Assembly (NCBI GenBank): GCA_028683855.1
Contig: JAQUHA010000019.1
Span: 12,622 to 76,621 of the forward strand
DNA length: 64,000 nt
Source: Desulfuromonadaceae bacterium
GTDB lineage: Bacteria > Desulfobacterota > Desulfuromonadia > Geobacterales > Pseudopelobacteraceae
Direction of reading: 5' to 3'
This document shows positions 31,064 to 41,544 of this stretch, piece after piece. Each line of letters begins with the position of its first letter. Within the stretch, counting starts at the first letter, position 1. Both the position numbers and the translations under genes were made by a program. The notes beneath the pieces were generated by a model, which searched no databases, was not told the origin of the DNA, and saw only the letters and a program-made list of their open reading frames with translations.

Positions 31064-31253
31064 TCTGAATGACATGATACTGTCACCCAACTCCTCTCCA
31101 CTCCTGACTGCCACTTTACTGACTTAGGTCGATGAGCTGCTGCCATTAAGTCATAAAGAGATTGTCTGTCAAAGCATTGAACGCGTCGGATAATTGACTT
31201 GATTATGTTTATTCTTCGCCCCTTTCTCTAACTTGCATACCTGAGTAGTATAA

Positions 31254-32270
<1,017 letters not shown>

Positions 32271-32271
32271 G

Positions 32272-32448
32272 GTGAATACGATTTTGACAGATGGTGATAC
32301 AGAACTTGAAAAACTACTCCACGATGTACGCAGAACCATCTCGGATAACAAACTGTTTCTGGCAAGACTGCTGAGTGAAACCGGTGAAGACGAATCCGAT
32401 GATGAGACTGGAGCTGCCGTTCAGGAGAGGGAGTTTGAAGAGTTGTAG
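32272..32448 (+). CDS. small acidic hypothetical protein (58 aa from a GTG start)
   Basis: ORF directly after the trxB stop. GTG at 32272 preceded by GGAAAAG. Product VNTILTDGDTELEKLLHDVRRTISDNKLFLARLL...DESDDETGA... No recognisable family. Confidence 0.3.
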   Translation: MNTILTDGDTELEKLLHDVRRTISDNKLFLARLLSETGEDESDDETGAAVQEREFEEL

Positions 32449-32523
32449 CGGCGGTTTTAAGATCTGACTCTTATCTTAACGTCCGGGCGATATGAATTTA
32501 GAGATAAGCAAGAAAACAGGTGG

Positions 32524-35500
32524 TCAGCCTGGCATCAATCTTTTGAGCACACTCTTAGCCGTATCCAGAATCTCTTCAAATGAGGTATCTTTCATAGTGC
32601 AGACAAGCTTATAGTCGGGAGTGAACTGATATTTTTTCGGTTCGCTCCGCATCATGCTTATGATTGTATCCGGTTTTGCGGGTGTACGCGGGTGGAAAGA
32701 TATGACCACCGCTTTTCCGTCAAAATCAATCTGCCGCACAATGAGCTGCTTCAATAGAATCCGTAGTTTCATAATCTCGAACAGGTACGAAGTCGCCAAT
32801 GGATATTTGCCGAACCGGTCAATAACCTCGTTCTGTACATCAAGAACGTCATCTTCACTCTCAGCCTGAGTAAGTTTTTTGTAGATAACCAGTCGCTGTC
32901 CAGCCTCTCTTACATAGTTTTCAGGTATAAAGGCTGGTACTTTCAGATTTATTTCCGGTTCAACACGCTCTACAGACTCTTCACCGCGCATTTTCGCTAT
33001 AGTCTCTTCCAGCATCTGGTTATACAGTTCAAACCCGATTTCTGTTACCGTCCCCGACTGCCTGTTACCCAGCATATCGCCTGCCCCACGGATTTCCATA
33101 TCATGTGTAGCTATACGGAAACCTGCTCCAAGTTCGGATATCTCCTGCAGAACACGTAACCGCTCTCGAGCATCGGAACTGATGGCTGCTTCACCCGGTA
33201 TCAGCAGATATGTGTAACCTCGCTGGGTTGATCTGCCTACACGACCGCGCAGTTGATAAAGCTGTGAAAGTCCAAACTTATCAGCGTGATCGACAATAAG
33301 TGTATTTGCGTTCGGAATATCAAGACCCGATTCAATTATGGTAGTACAGAGGAGAAGATTGGTTTCTCCATGCATAAAGCCGAGCATAACCTTCTCCAGT
33401 TCATGTTCGCCCATCTGTCCGTGTCCAACCGCTATCTTTGCCTCAGGGATAAGTTGAGCGAGGAGTTCCGCTCTTTTGCCGATAGTTTGCACGCGGTTGT
33501 GAACAAAGAACACCTGCCCACCACGTCGCAGTTCACGCATAACAGCCTCACGGATAAGATCTTCGGAGAAACGTGACACAACAGTTTTTACAGCCAGGCG
33601 ATCCACCGGAGGCGTATCAATAATTGAAAGGTCGCGAATCCCCATCATTGACATATAAAGTGTCCGCGGTATAGGTGTTGCCGTTAGAGTCATAACGTCT
33701 ACTACTGCTCGGAACGACTTCAGGCTTTCCTTGTCCTTAACTCCGAAACGCTGCTCTTCATCGATAATCATAAGCCCGAGATCCTTGAATGCAACATCCT
33801 TTTGAAGAAGGCGATGAGTCCCGATGATTATATCTATATCACCCTTTTTTAGACGTTCAAGGATATCCTTCTGCTCCTTTGCAGTACGGAAACGGGAGAG
33901 AACCTCTACAGTAACCGGATAATCCTTAAGCCGTTCACGGAAAGTTTCGTAGTGCTGCTGGGCAAGGATTGTGGTCGGGACAAGGATTCCGACCTGCTTG
34001 CCGTCAAGGGCTGATTTGAAAGCTCCCCGAAGGGCGACCTCTGTTTTACCATAACCTACATCACCGCAAACCAGACGATCCATCGGCTTTGAATGTTGCA
34101 TATCGGCGAGTACATCCTGAATTGCGGAGAGCTGATCCGGAGTCTCCTCCCAGGCAAAAGAGGCTTCAAACTCCCTGTACATTTCATCTGGCGGAGAGAA
34201 GGAGAAACCTTCGCTGAGTTGTCTGCGGGCGTAAATTTCCAACAGCTCACCTGCAAGCTCCTCTATATTTTTGCGTGCTTTCCCCTTAGACTTTTCCCAG
34301 GAAACTCCACCGAGTTTGTCGAGAGACGGATGACTCCCCTCCGGTCCGATATATGGCTGAACCAGCCCAAGACGATCCACAGGGAGAAACAGTTTGTCTG
34401 ACCCCGCATACTCAATCAGCAGAAAATCACCGGCTGTATTTCCCACGCTTATATGCTGAAGTCCACGGTACAGACCAATGCCGTGATCTATATGAACCAT
34501 ATAGTCGCCGGGCTTGAGTTCAGCCAAAGAAGCAAGGAGCTGTTTTTTACGCACCTCCGAGATGCCCCGTCTGCGAACCCTTTTACCGAAAAGTTCTTCT
34601 TCTGCAATCAGTGTAAAACGCGAAGAGTTGAGCCTGAAGCCTCTCGACATATCACCTGTAACAATCAATACCGATGACAGAAACTCTTTACGCCCCAACT
34701 GTTCCTGAAAACCATGTTCAGAGATGAAGCATGGGATCTTGTATGGCGTAAGAAGATCTTTCAGACGCTCTGCCTGAGGATGCTGATGGCAGACGATAGA
34801 AACTTGTTCCCCGCTATCGAGCCATTTACGGAGAGTATCCGCAAACGGTGCAAGAGCATGGCTGCTCTCTTTTGAAACAGTTATTCGCAGGTCGCTGTTG
34901 TTTTGACAATCGACATTAAAGGTTGAATTCTCGATGAATGCCTCTGTCAGAAAATCGGGCAGCTCTATAACCGTACGATTTTTGATAATGCTGCTGAGTT
35001 CTGTTTCATCAAGAAACAGCTCTTTCACAGGAGAGTGGGGCATTCCGCCGACTGCAGCCTTTGTAACGCCAGCCTCAATCTCTTCGTATACTGAAATGGC
35101 AGAGTAATTAATTGCGTCAGGATCCAGCATCATGAGAGGGGTATTAGATGGTATATAGTCAAAGAACGTTTCAAGGTTGGGGTGAAGAAGCGGCTGCAGA
35201 AAATCTATCCCCTGAAAATAGACAGCATTCTGGAGATCTTCAAGGATAGTTCGACGGCGATTTGCCGGTATGTCAAGATCGTCACAGACCTTTTTAAGAC
35301 GTGGCGAAATATCGGCAAGCAGTTCGTCCGAAAGGATCAGTTCCCTTGAGGGGAGAAGCATCAACTCCTCGATCGGCTGCAGTGAACGCTGCGTCAGAGG
35401 ATCAAAAGCACGGATAGTTTCGACGGTATCTCCGAAAAACTCTATTCTGACCGGCGTAGTCAGGTTTGGAGGAAATATGTCCAGAATGCCACCACGTACA

Positions 35501-36009
35501 GCAAATGTTCCTCTATCCTCAACTAAAGGGACATTTGCGTATCCAATACGAATCAGCCTTGCCAGCAACTCATCACGTTCAAAATCCTCACCAGCCAGCA
35601 GATAGCAGGAAGCATCATTAAGAGTTTTCCTTGGCAATACACGCTGTAAAGCTGCTGCCACAGGAATAACGGTTATACGGGAGAGGCGGTTCTGCAACCT
35701 AAAAAGTGCGTCGAGACGAGCACCGGTAACGTCCGGATGAGGTGAGGAGGCTGAAAAGGGGGCGCAATCCCACGCTTGAAAAAGTGTGATACCTAGATTG
35801 CCGCCTGTAAAAAACCCAAGCTCCCTGCAGAACTCTTCGGCTGCTTCCTGAGTGGGGAGTATGATTACGGCGCTTTCAAGACCGGCTTCTGCAAGCTCGG
35901 CAACGAGGAGAGCCGGAGCCGACCCTTTGAGCCCCCTGGCTGTAACTTTGCGCTCACCTCGGCGAAGTGCGGCAAGTATATCGATTGTCTGTGGTATCAG
36001 AGAGGACAT
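32524..36009 (-). CDS. mfd: transcription-repair coupling factor
   Basis: 1161 aa. Superfamily-2 helicase motifs (CGDVGYGKTEVALR, DEEQRFG, TATPIPRT) and a UvrB-homology N-terminus. Confidence 0.97.
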   Translation of the reverse strand: MSSLIPQTIDILAALRRGERKVTARGLKGSAPALLVAELAEAGLESAVIILPTQEAAEEFCRELGFFTGGNLGITLFQAWDCAPFSASSPHPDVTGARLDALFRLQNRLSRITVIPVAAALQRVLPRKTLNDASCYLLAGEDFERDELLARLIRIGYANVPLVEDRGTFAVRGGILDIFPPNLTTPVRIEFFGDTVETIRAFDPLTQRSLQPIEELMLLPSRELILSDELLADISPRLKKVCDDLDIPANRRRTILEDLQNAVYFQGIDFLQPLLHPNLETFFDYIPSNTPLMMLDPDAINYSAISVYEEIEAGVTKAAVGGMPHSPVKELFLDETELSSIIKNRTVIELPDFLTEAFIENSTFNVDCQNNSDLRITVSKESSHALAPFADTLRKWLDSGEQVSIVCHQHPQAERLKDLLTPYKIPCFISEHGFQEQLGRKEFLSSVLIVTGDMSRGFRLNSSRFTLIAEEELFGKRVRRRGISEVRKKQLLASLAELKPGDYMVHIDHGIGLYRGLQHISVGNTAGDFLLIEYAGSDKLFLPVDRLGLVQPYIGPEGSHPSLDKLGGVSWEKSKGKARKNIEELAGELLEIYARRQLSEGFSFSPPDEMYREFEASFAWEETPDQLSAIQDVLADMQHSKPMDRLVCGDVGYGKTEVALRGAFKSALDGKQVGILVPTTILAQQHYETFRERLKDYPVTVEVLSRFRTAKEQKDILERLKKGDIDIIIGTHRLLQKDVAFKDLGLMIIDEEQRFGVKDKESLKSFRAVVDVMTLTATPIPRTLYMSMMGIRDLSIIDTPPVDRLAVKTVVSRFSEDLIREAVMRELRRGGQVFFVHNRVQTIGKRAELLAQLIPEAKIAVGHGQMGEHELEKVMLGFMHGETNLLLCTTIIESGLDIPNANTLIVDHADKFGLSQLYQLRGRVGRSTQRGYTYLLIPGEAAISSDARERLRVLQEISELGAGFRIATHDMEIRGAGDMLGNRQSGTVTEIGFELYNQMLEETIAKMRGEESVERVEPEINLKVPAFIPENYVREAGQRLVIYKKLTQAESEDDVLDVQNEVIDRFGKYPLATSYLFEIMKLRILLKQLIVRQIDFDGKAVVISFHPRTPAKPDTIISMMRSEPKKYQFTPDYKLVCTMKDTSFEEILDTAKSVLKRLMPG

Positions 36010-36043
36010 TAAATCTCTTATGCTTTGAACAGTTTAAAGCTAC

Positions 36044-36604
36044 TCAATGTTTACGAAGACCGGCTTTAAGCTTTGGCTTGCCATCCTGAATGACCACTCT
36101 GAAGGCGATTCGGTCAGTTCCAAGTTTAGCGGCAAGAATCGGCTTCTGTTTCTCAATTGTGTTTGCCACAAGATCTCTGGTGATTTTATCTATAGGGAGT
36201 TTACAGGCTATTCGCGCCTCACGGAATTCATGAACCAAACGATCAATTTCTTCCTCAGGAGAGGGCGAAGAGTGCTCAAACTCCTTCTTTACAGGCCTGT
36301 CTTTTTGACGAAGGTGAAGATCGCTGATAAACCTGTCTCGTGAATACCGCCCCTCTTCCATCAATTTAAGGACTCTGTTCCAGTGTTCACGGTAGGTATT
36401 AAGACGTGCCACCAACATAGTAAAACGGTGCTTGTACATTGTGTTGTTTATCGGGGTACCGGTGTAGCGACGCACAAGCTTTTCAACCTCTGCAAGCAGA
36501 ACAAGCGGCTCACGTTTTTCAAGACCGATGAAGTACTGCTCGTATCTGGTTATCAACTCGTTTAATTTTTTATCAAGGAGTATTACATCCTCAGCTATTG
36601 CCAT
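36044..36604 (-). CDS. conserved hypothetical protein (helical, basic)
   Basis: 186-aa ORF upstream of mfd on the same strand, with coding-like composition. No motif I can name. Confidence 0.55.
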   Translation of the reverse strand: MAIAEDVILLDKKLNELITRYEQYFIGLEKREPLVLLAEVEKLVRRYTGTPINNTMYKHRFTMLVARLNTYREHWNRVLKLMEEGRYSRDRFISDLHLRQKDRPVKKEFEHSSPSPEEEIDRLVHEFREARIACKLPIDKITRDLVANTIEKQKPILAAKLGTDRIAFRVVIQDGKPKLKAGLRKH

Positions 36605-36782
36605 TAAGAACCTCTTTGTAAGGTCTGCCGATAAACCTCTAGCACTATAGTCAAATATGCTGATAAGTAAAGACCAAAGATAGCCGAGATTGATGCAACT
36701 CCCCTAATCTCTTGCGCTTTAGCTCTTTATCGCATAAAGTGTGGAAAGTTTTTTTCATTTTTATTTAATGGAGCTTATCGAT

Positions 36783-38159
36783 ATGAAACCACTTGCATCT
36801 ATAGTGCTTGCGGCCGGAAAAGGCACACGGATGAAATCATCCACAATCAAGGTACTGCACAGCGTTGCCGGCTTGCAAATGATCTCATGGCCGGTTGCCG
36901 CTGCACGTGAGGCAGGCTCAGATACCGTTGTTGTGGTGGTGGGGCATCAGGCAAACGCTGTTCAGGGAGTTTTTCGTGGAGCAAGTGACATCCGTTGCGC
37001 CATGCAGGAGGAGCAGCTCGGTACCGGACACGCAGTCGCCTGCGCGCTGGATGCCCTCACAGGATTTCGAGGTACAGTTTTGATTCTTTGCGGAGACACG
37101 CCGCTGCTCCGTCCTGAAACATTGAAAAAAATGCTGGCGTACCACCACGACAGCGGAGCTGCCGTCACGGTGCTTACCGCTTTGATGGATGACCCTTACG
37201 GATACGGCAGGGTGGTTCGAGACTCTTCCGGCATGGTCTGCCGCATTGTAGAGCAGAAAGATGCCAGCATTGAAGAGCAGGAGATAAGAGAGATAAACAG
37301 CGGCATCTACTGCATGGATTCACTTTTCCTGTTCGATAACATAAGAGCAATTGGCAGTAATAATGCCCAAGGAGAGTACTACCTTACTGATCTGCTGTCA
37401 ATCGCCGTCAGCAAGGGATTGACCTGCATAGCTATGCCTGCATCAGACCCTGATGAGATTATGGGTGTAAATGACAGGGTACAACTGGCCGAAGCCGACT
37501 GTCTGCTCCGTGGGCGTATAAATCGCGAACATATGTTAAACGGCGTAAGTATGATTGACCCACTTACAACATATATCGAACATGGGGTTTCAATTGGTGC
37601 CGACACGGTTATTCACCCCGGTTGCCGTATTTGCGCAGGTACAGTTATAGGTAGTGGTTGCGAGATTGAGCAGAATGTAATCATCTCAGGCTGCCGTATC
37701 GGAAATGACTGTCACATCAAGGCATCTTCCGTACTGGAACAGTCAGAGCTTGGCGAAGATGTTGCGATCGGCCCTATGGCACATCTGCGCCCCGGTACGG
37801 TTCTGAGTAACAAGGTCAAGATAGGCAATTTTGTTGAAACTAAAAAAGTTATTATGGGAGAGGGGTCTAAAGCATCTCATCTTACATATCTTGGGGATGC
37901 CGAAATAGGGAGCGGCGTTAACATCGGCTGCGGCACCATCACCTGCAATTATGACGGAGTCAACAAACACCGCACTATTATTGGCGACAACGTATTCATA
38001 GGGAGCGATGTACAGTTGGTGGCGCCTGTAAATGTCGGCAGCAACTCACTGGTTGCGGCAGGCACGACCGTAACTGTTGATGTCCCGCCGGATTCACTTG
38101 CACTTTCGAGAGTTCCGCAGTTAAACAAGGTTGGGTGGAAACTTAAAAAGAAATCCTGA
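36783..38159 (+). CDS. glmU: bifunctional UDP-N-acetylglucosamine diphosphorylase / glucosamine-1-phosphate N-acetyltransferase
   Basis: LAAGKGTRMKS signature, then left-handed beta-helix hexapeptide repeats in the C-terminal half. ATG at 36783 (MKPLASIVLAAGKG); the track's GTG at 36741 adds 14 unlikely residues. Confidence 0.95.
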   Translation: MKPLASIVLAAGKGTRMKSSTIKVLHSVAGLQMISWPVAAAREAGSDTVVVVVGHQANAVQGVFRGASDIRCAMQEEQLGTGHAVACALDALTGFRGTVLILCGDTPLLRPETLKKMLAYHHDSGAAVTVLTALMDDPYGYGRVVRDSSGMVCRIVEQKDASIEEQEIREINSGIYCMDSLFLFDNIRAIGSNNAQGEYYLTDLLSIAVSKGLTCIAMPASDPDEIMGVNDRVQLAEADCLLRGRINREHMLNGVSMIDPLTTYIEHGVSIGADTVIHPGCRICAGTVIGSGCEIEQNVIISGCRIGNDCHIKASSVLEQSELGEDVAIGPMAHLRPGTVLSNKVKIGNFVETKKVIMGEGSKASHLTYLGDAEIGSGVNIGCGTITCNYDGVNKHRTIIGDNVFIGSDVQLVAPVNVGSNSLVAAGTTVTVDVPPDSLALSRVPQLNKVGWKLKKKS

Positions 38160-38188
38160 TCAATAGTCAATGTAGAGGGTAGATAAGT

Positions 38189-39895
38189 TCACGCTGCAGC
38201 CGACTCCACCCGGTTTCTACCGGATGATTTAGCCTGATATAAGAGGTTATCTACCCTCATCAGGATTTCAGAAACTGTTTCACTCTTTGTACAGATCACT
38301 GACACAACACCCAGACTCGCTGTAACATATTCTGATACGTTCGACCCTTTATGCGGAATATTGAGAGCCTGTATGCCGATCCGGATCTTCTCCGCCATCA
38401 GCACTGCACCATCAATGTCGGTTTCAGGCAGTATGCAGGCAAACTCTTCGCCTCCATAACGGGCTGCAATATCAACGGAACGACCAGTTGATTCGGCAAG
38501 AACGCGGGCTACCTTTTTCAGGCATTCATCACCTTCAACGTGTCCATAATTATCGTTAAACGCCTTAAAATGGTCGATATCCAAAAGTATCAACGACAGG
38601 CGAATTCCTGAACGGATGTGCCTTAAATACTCTCTTGCCAACAGCTCGTCAAAATGTCTTCTATTTGCTATACCGGTTAAACCATCGGTATTACTCAAAG
38701 CCTCCAGTTTGCTGTTGGACTCCTCAAGTGCTTTTTCAGAGCGTTTCTGCTCAGTTATGTCACTAAAAGACCATACTCTCCCAACAACAGAATTATCCAG
38801 TCTCTGCGGTTGCGAAAATCTCTTGAAATAACGCCCGTCAACCAGGCTGAGAGTGTCGTAACTGGACTCATCCGGATTGTTGTACAGATACATGACTTTT
38901 TCAAAAAATTCATCAGGATTGATTACCTGGGCTTTTATATGATTTGTAACGGGATACTTGGTATGTGTATTCATAAGCTCTTCAGGTATATGCCAAAGAT
39001 CCATAAACTTTTTATTCCAACGGGCTATATGCCCATTTCTATCTGTAACAAGAACTCCATCGGCAGTCGACTCAAGAGTGGCATTAAGAAGAGAGAATGA
39101 TTTTAAAAGCGCATCCTCTGCCTCCTTCTGAAGCTTGCTGCCAAGCAGAAACCTTCGAGTGGCAAATCCGGAGAGCATAACCCCCAGAAACCAGATAGCC
39201 CCATGCGTTGTCAGATCTGAATATAACTGACTTCTTGTCGCCTCTGCCAATGGCTGAACCGGTAGAGTAACGCATAATCCACCCCGTATATCACCGATTT
39301 TGTACCCCTGGACGGCGTGACATTTAAGACATGATTTTTCTGTTATGAAGACCCGCATAAACCGAATAAAAGGTTTACCGTCAATTTCCAGCATTTCAGA
39401 GATCTCTTCACCCCCGGATTTAAGAGATTCCAGAGCTTTCCTCTCCCATGGATCAGGAAAATTTTCAGGGCGGATAGGATTGAGGCTGGTGAGGTGGGCT
39501 GTTGCAGCAGAAGAGCCTGACTCTTTAGCCAGCTGATAAACCTGACGCGTCATATATGCCGGATTTATTAAAGTCAGAGCACGACCTGAAGGTGTTGTTA
39601 TGTCACGTTCAGGTATGTTAGACAGATACTTATTAGGCTGATTTTTATCAGTAATTGGCGCATATACACCGCCATGAGAAGACCCCCAGCTGCGATAAAC
39701 AATATCCCTATTAATTGCAGTTCTGGCTTCTGATTCCGCCAGCATACGGAGTGATTCTTTATCGTTCCTCACGGTAAAAAAAGCAGATACAAAGAGTAGC
39801 AGAGTCCATGAGAATACGAAAGTCCAGGCGTACCGCTTGATACTGGCATTATGCTTATTATCATTCATGTTCGGCGACGGTTCTGGAACAGTCAA
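38189..39895 (-). CDS. membrane diguanylate cyclase: periplasmic DUF3365-like c-type heme domain, PAS domain, GGDEF domain
   Basis: Two transmembrane segments flank a roughly 170-aa domain carrying CLKCH (CxxCH; nt 39317-39331). PAS-like middle region. GGDEF domain with active site RYGGEEF and I-site RSVD 5 residues upstream. Confidence 0.9.
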   Translation of the reverse strand: MTVPEPSPNMNDNKHNASIKRYAWTFVFSWTLLLFVSAFFTVRNDKESLRMLAESEARTAINRDIVYRSWGSSHGGVYAPITDKNQPNKYLSNIPERDITTPSGRALTLINPAYMTRQVYQLAKESGSSAATAHLTSLNPIRPENFPDPWERKALESLKSGGEEISEMLEIDGKPFIRFMRVFITEKSCLKCHAVQGYKIGDIRGGLCVTLPVQPLAEATRSQLYSDLTTHGAIWFLGVMLSGFATRRFLLGSKLQKEAEDALLKSFSLLNATLESTADGVLVTDRNGHIARWNKKFMDLWHIPEELMNTHTKYPVTNHIKAQVINPDEFFEKVMYLYNNPDESSYDTLSLVDGRYFKRFSQPQRLDNSVVGRVWSFSDITEQKRSEKALEESNSKLEALSNTDGLTGIANRRHFDELLAREYLRHIRSGIRLSLILLDIDHFKAFNDNYGHVEGDECLKKVARVLAESTGRSVDIAARYGGEEFACILPETDIDGAVLMAEKIRIGIQALNIPHKGSNVSEYVTASLGVVSVICTKSETVSEILMRVDNLLYQAKSSGRNRVESAAA

Positions 39896-40046
39896 AGTTT
39901 ATCTCCCTTTAACATCTGTAGCTTTTCTGCTGTAAAACAGCTGTTAAACAAACAAAGGTTCTACGAAATTATCCCGTAAAACCTTTTCCTTCTGGAAGAA
40001 ACACAATTTTGACATCCCTGCTTACTTGACCAGTCAATTAAACCGG

Positions 40047-40724
40047 CTATCCGATATCGATCTCGACCTTATCACCTTCCGACACTCTCAGTTTCTTTTC
40101 AATGCCGGGTCCGACAACAATTGTCCCGTCATACTGCTGCCCCATGTCTTTCATAACCATTACAGGAAAAGTTCCGCTTGTTCCGGCAGTTCTATTTGTC
40201 AGCTTCAGTTTTTTGAATGTGCTCTTATGGAAGTCCGAGATGAACTGACAGGTTGGCTGGCTGACAGCTATCATACCTAGAGAGTCAAAGCTGGCACTAG
40301 CCTGCTTATTGGCAAGATGGCTAATACTCATTCTAAGCAATGCATCATCCTGAACTGCGTTCTCCTGAACGGCTGATGAAGATTCTAACTCTGCCAGCTT
40401 CGCATCAAGCTTCTGTGCGGCAAGATTAAGTGTTATGGAAAGAACCTGAAGATTTATGTTGTTGGCACAAAGGAGGAAAAGCGATGCGCCGGAAATTCTT
40501 TTTACAAGAACACGACCGTCCGCATAACGTAAATCCAGAAGTTCGAGTGTCTGAGACATCTGCAGTCCGTACGAGCACTCCTGAGTAAGAGCCGCTGCTC
40601 TCTGAAGAGATGCCGTCTCTATAAGAGCTGGAAAGGCATGATCAAGGAGCTCACCGCTATGAGTGAAGAGCGCAGAGCCGATAACTCCATCAACGCTGTT
40701 TATCTGCTGTAAAATATCCTTCAT
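40047..40724 (-). CDS. Roadblock/LC7 (MglB-like) domain protein with an unassigned C-terminal small domain
   Basis: N-terminus MKDILQQINSVDGVIGSALFTHSGELL... follows the Roadblock/LC7 pattern. C-terminal ...DGTIVVGPGIEKKLRVSEGDKVEIDIG. GAGGAA Shine-Dalgarno overlaps the upstream gene stop. Confidence 0.6.
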   Translation of the reverse strand: MKDILQQINSVDGVIGSALFTHSGELLDHAFPALIETASLQRAAALTQECSYGLQMSQTLELLDLRYADGRVLVKRISGASLFLLCANNINLQVLSITLNLAAQKLDAKLAELESSSAVQENAVQDDALLRMSISHLANKQASASFDSLGMIAVSQPTCQFISDFHKSTFKKLKLTNRTAGTSGTFPVMVMKDMGQQYDGTIVVGPGIEKKLRVSEGDKVEIDIG

Positions 40725-40736
40725 TGAGCTGTTCCT

Positions 40737-41528
40737 CTACTTTGCCGGTATAAGCGCACTCTTGATCTCTGTTTCCACCGCATCAAGATTGCAGCCGGGC
40801 TTTACAGCAATACTCAGGTAGTGCTGTTTGGAGTCATACAGTAAAAGGTTGTAATTCGAGGTATGAACCGCAGCTGCCTTGATATCACCAAGCCCCAGCA
40901 ACTCACCGATTCCGGATCCGCTCTTCGCGAGAAACACCCCTTTTGCAGCCAACGAAACAGCCTCAATGCTCGAATCCTGAACAGGAAGCCCCTGCTGTTT
41001 GTCGAGCAGTACAGCGTAGGTGATATTGTTTATTTCCTGGAGTCTCGCAGCTATTTTACTCATTGTACGGCGAGGAGTCACAGCAGGACCGGCGGATTTA
41101 TTGGCGGCTGCTCCCGCATTTTCCTCATCCAGACGGCGCAGCGCCTCAAGTAGTAGAAAGTCTGTGCGGTAATGTATAGTGCAGACGTTTGAAGTCATCT
41201 CAGGCTGAATAGTAAAAGTGCCGCCCGGCCATTTTATAATCTCATAAATAGCCTGTTCACCGGATTCATCACCCTGTTCGGCATGAATTATCTCTCCATC
41301 AACAAAGTAGATTACACCGTAGCTCTCCCCGTATTCTACGGAAATTGCCCCGGTATATTTGTTGTGCCCCTTCAGCTGAATAACATCAGTAAGGGAAAGT
41401 CCCGCAACCGCGCCTTTAAAACCGCTTACATTTTGTGACATCTGTACCAACCTGTCGCAGGTATAAAGTCTTGTCTGCTCATTTTTAATAAATGCGGTAT
41501 TTAAAACATAATCAAGGGGTAAGTTCAA
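40737..41528 (-). CDS. DUF4388 (PATAN-type N-domain) plus Roadblock/LC7 domain protein
   Basis: FKGAVAGLSLTDVIQLKGHNKYTGAISVEYGESYGVIYFVDGEIIHAE...GEQAIYEIIKWPGGTFTI is the DUF4388 signature. The C-terminal half is Roadblock-like. The track start is TTG at 41528; the ATG at 41441 (MSQNVSGFKG) is an equally plausible start. Confidence 0.65.
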   Translation of the reverse strand: MNLPLDYVLNTAFIKNEQTRLYTCDRLVQMSQNVSGFKGAVAGLSLTDVIQLKGHNKYTGAISVEYGESYGVIYFVDGEIIHAEQGDESGEQAIYEIIKWPGGTFTIQPEMTSNVCTIHYRTDFLLLEALRRLDEENAGAAANKSAGPAVTPRRTMSKIAARLQEINNITYAVLLDKQQGLPVQDSSIEAVSLAAKGVFLAKSGSGIGELLGLGDIKAAAVHTSNYNLLLYDSKQHYLSIAVKPGCNLDAVETEIKSALIPAK

Positions 41529-41544
41529 GTACGAATGTAATCTG

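Noticed and set aside
32449-32523. Possible terminator hairpin between the trxB-side ORF and the convergent mfd (CTTATCT ... AGATAAG).
   Set aside because: The stem is only 7 bp and AT-rich, with a 23-nt loop and no U-tract.
36626-36633. GCCGATAA, an exact sigma-28 -10 element, on the plus strand upstream of glmU.
   Set aside because: No TAAA sits at the required 15-nt spacing (TAAG at N17 instead). It lies about 150 nt from a housekeeping gene with no flagellar link, so it is probably chance. A weak sigma-70-like TTGCGC-N17-TAAAGT (36712-36740) is also only a 3/6 and 4/6 match.
38175-38258. 12-bp inverted repeat GAGGGTAGATAA / TTATCTACCCTC spanning the glmU and diguanylate cyclase convergent junction.
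   Set aside because: The loop is about 60 nt and the right arm lies inside the cyclase coding sequence. There is no U-tract. This is not a convincing terminator and may be fortuitous.
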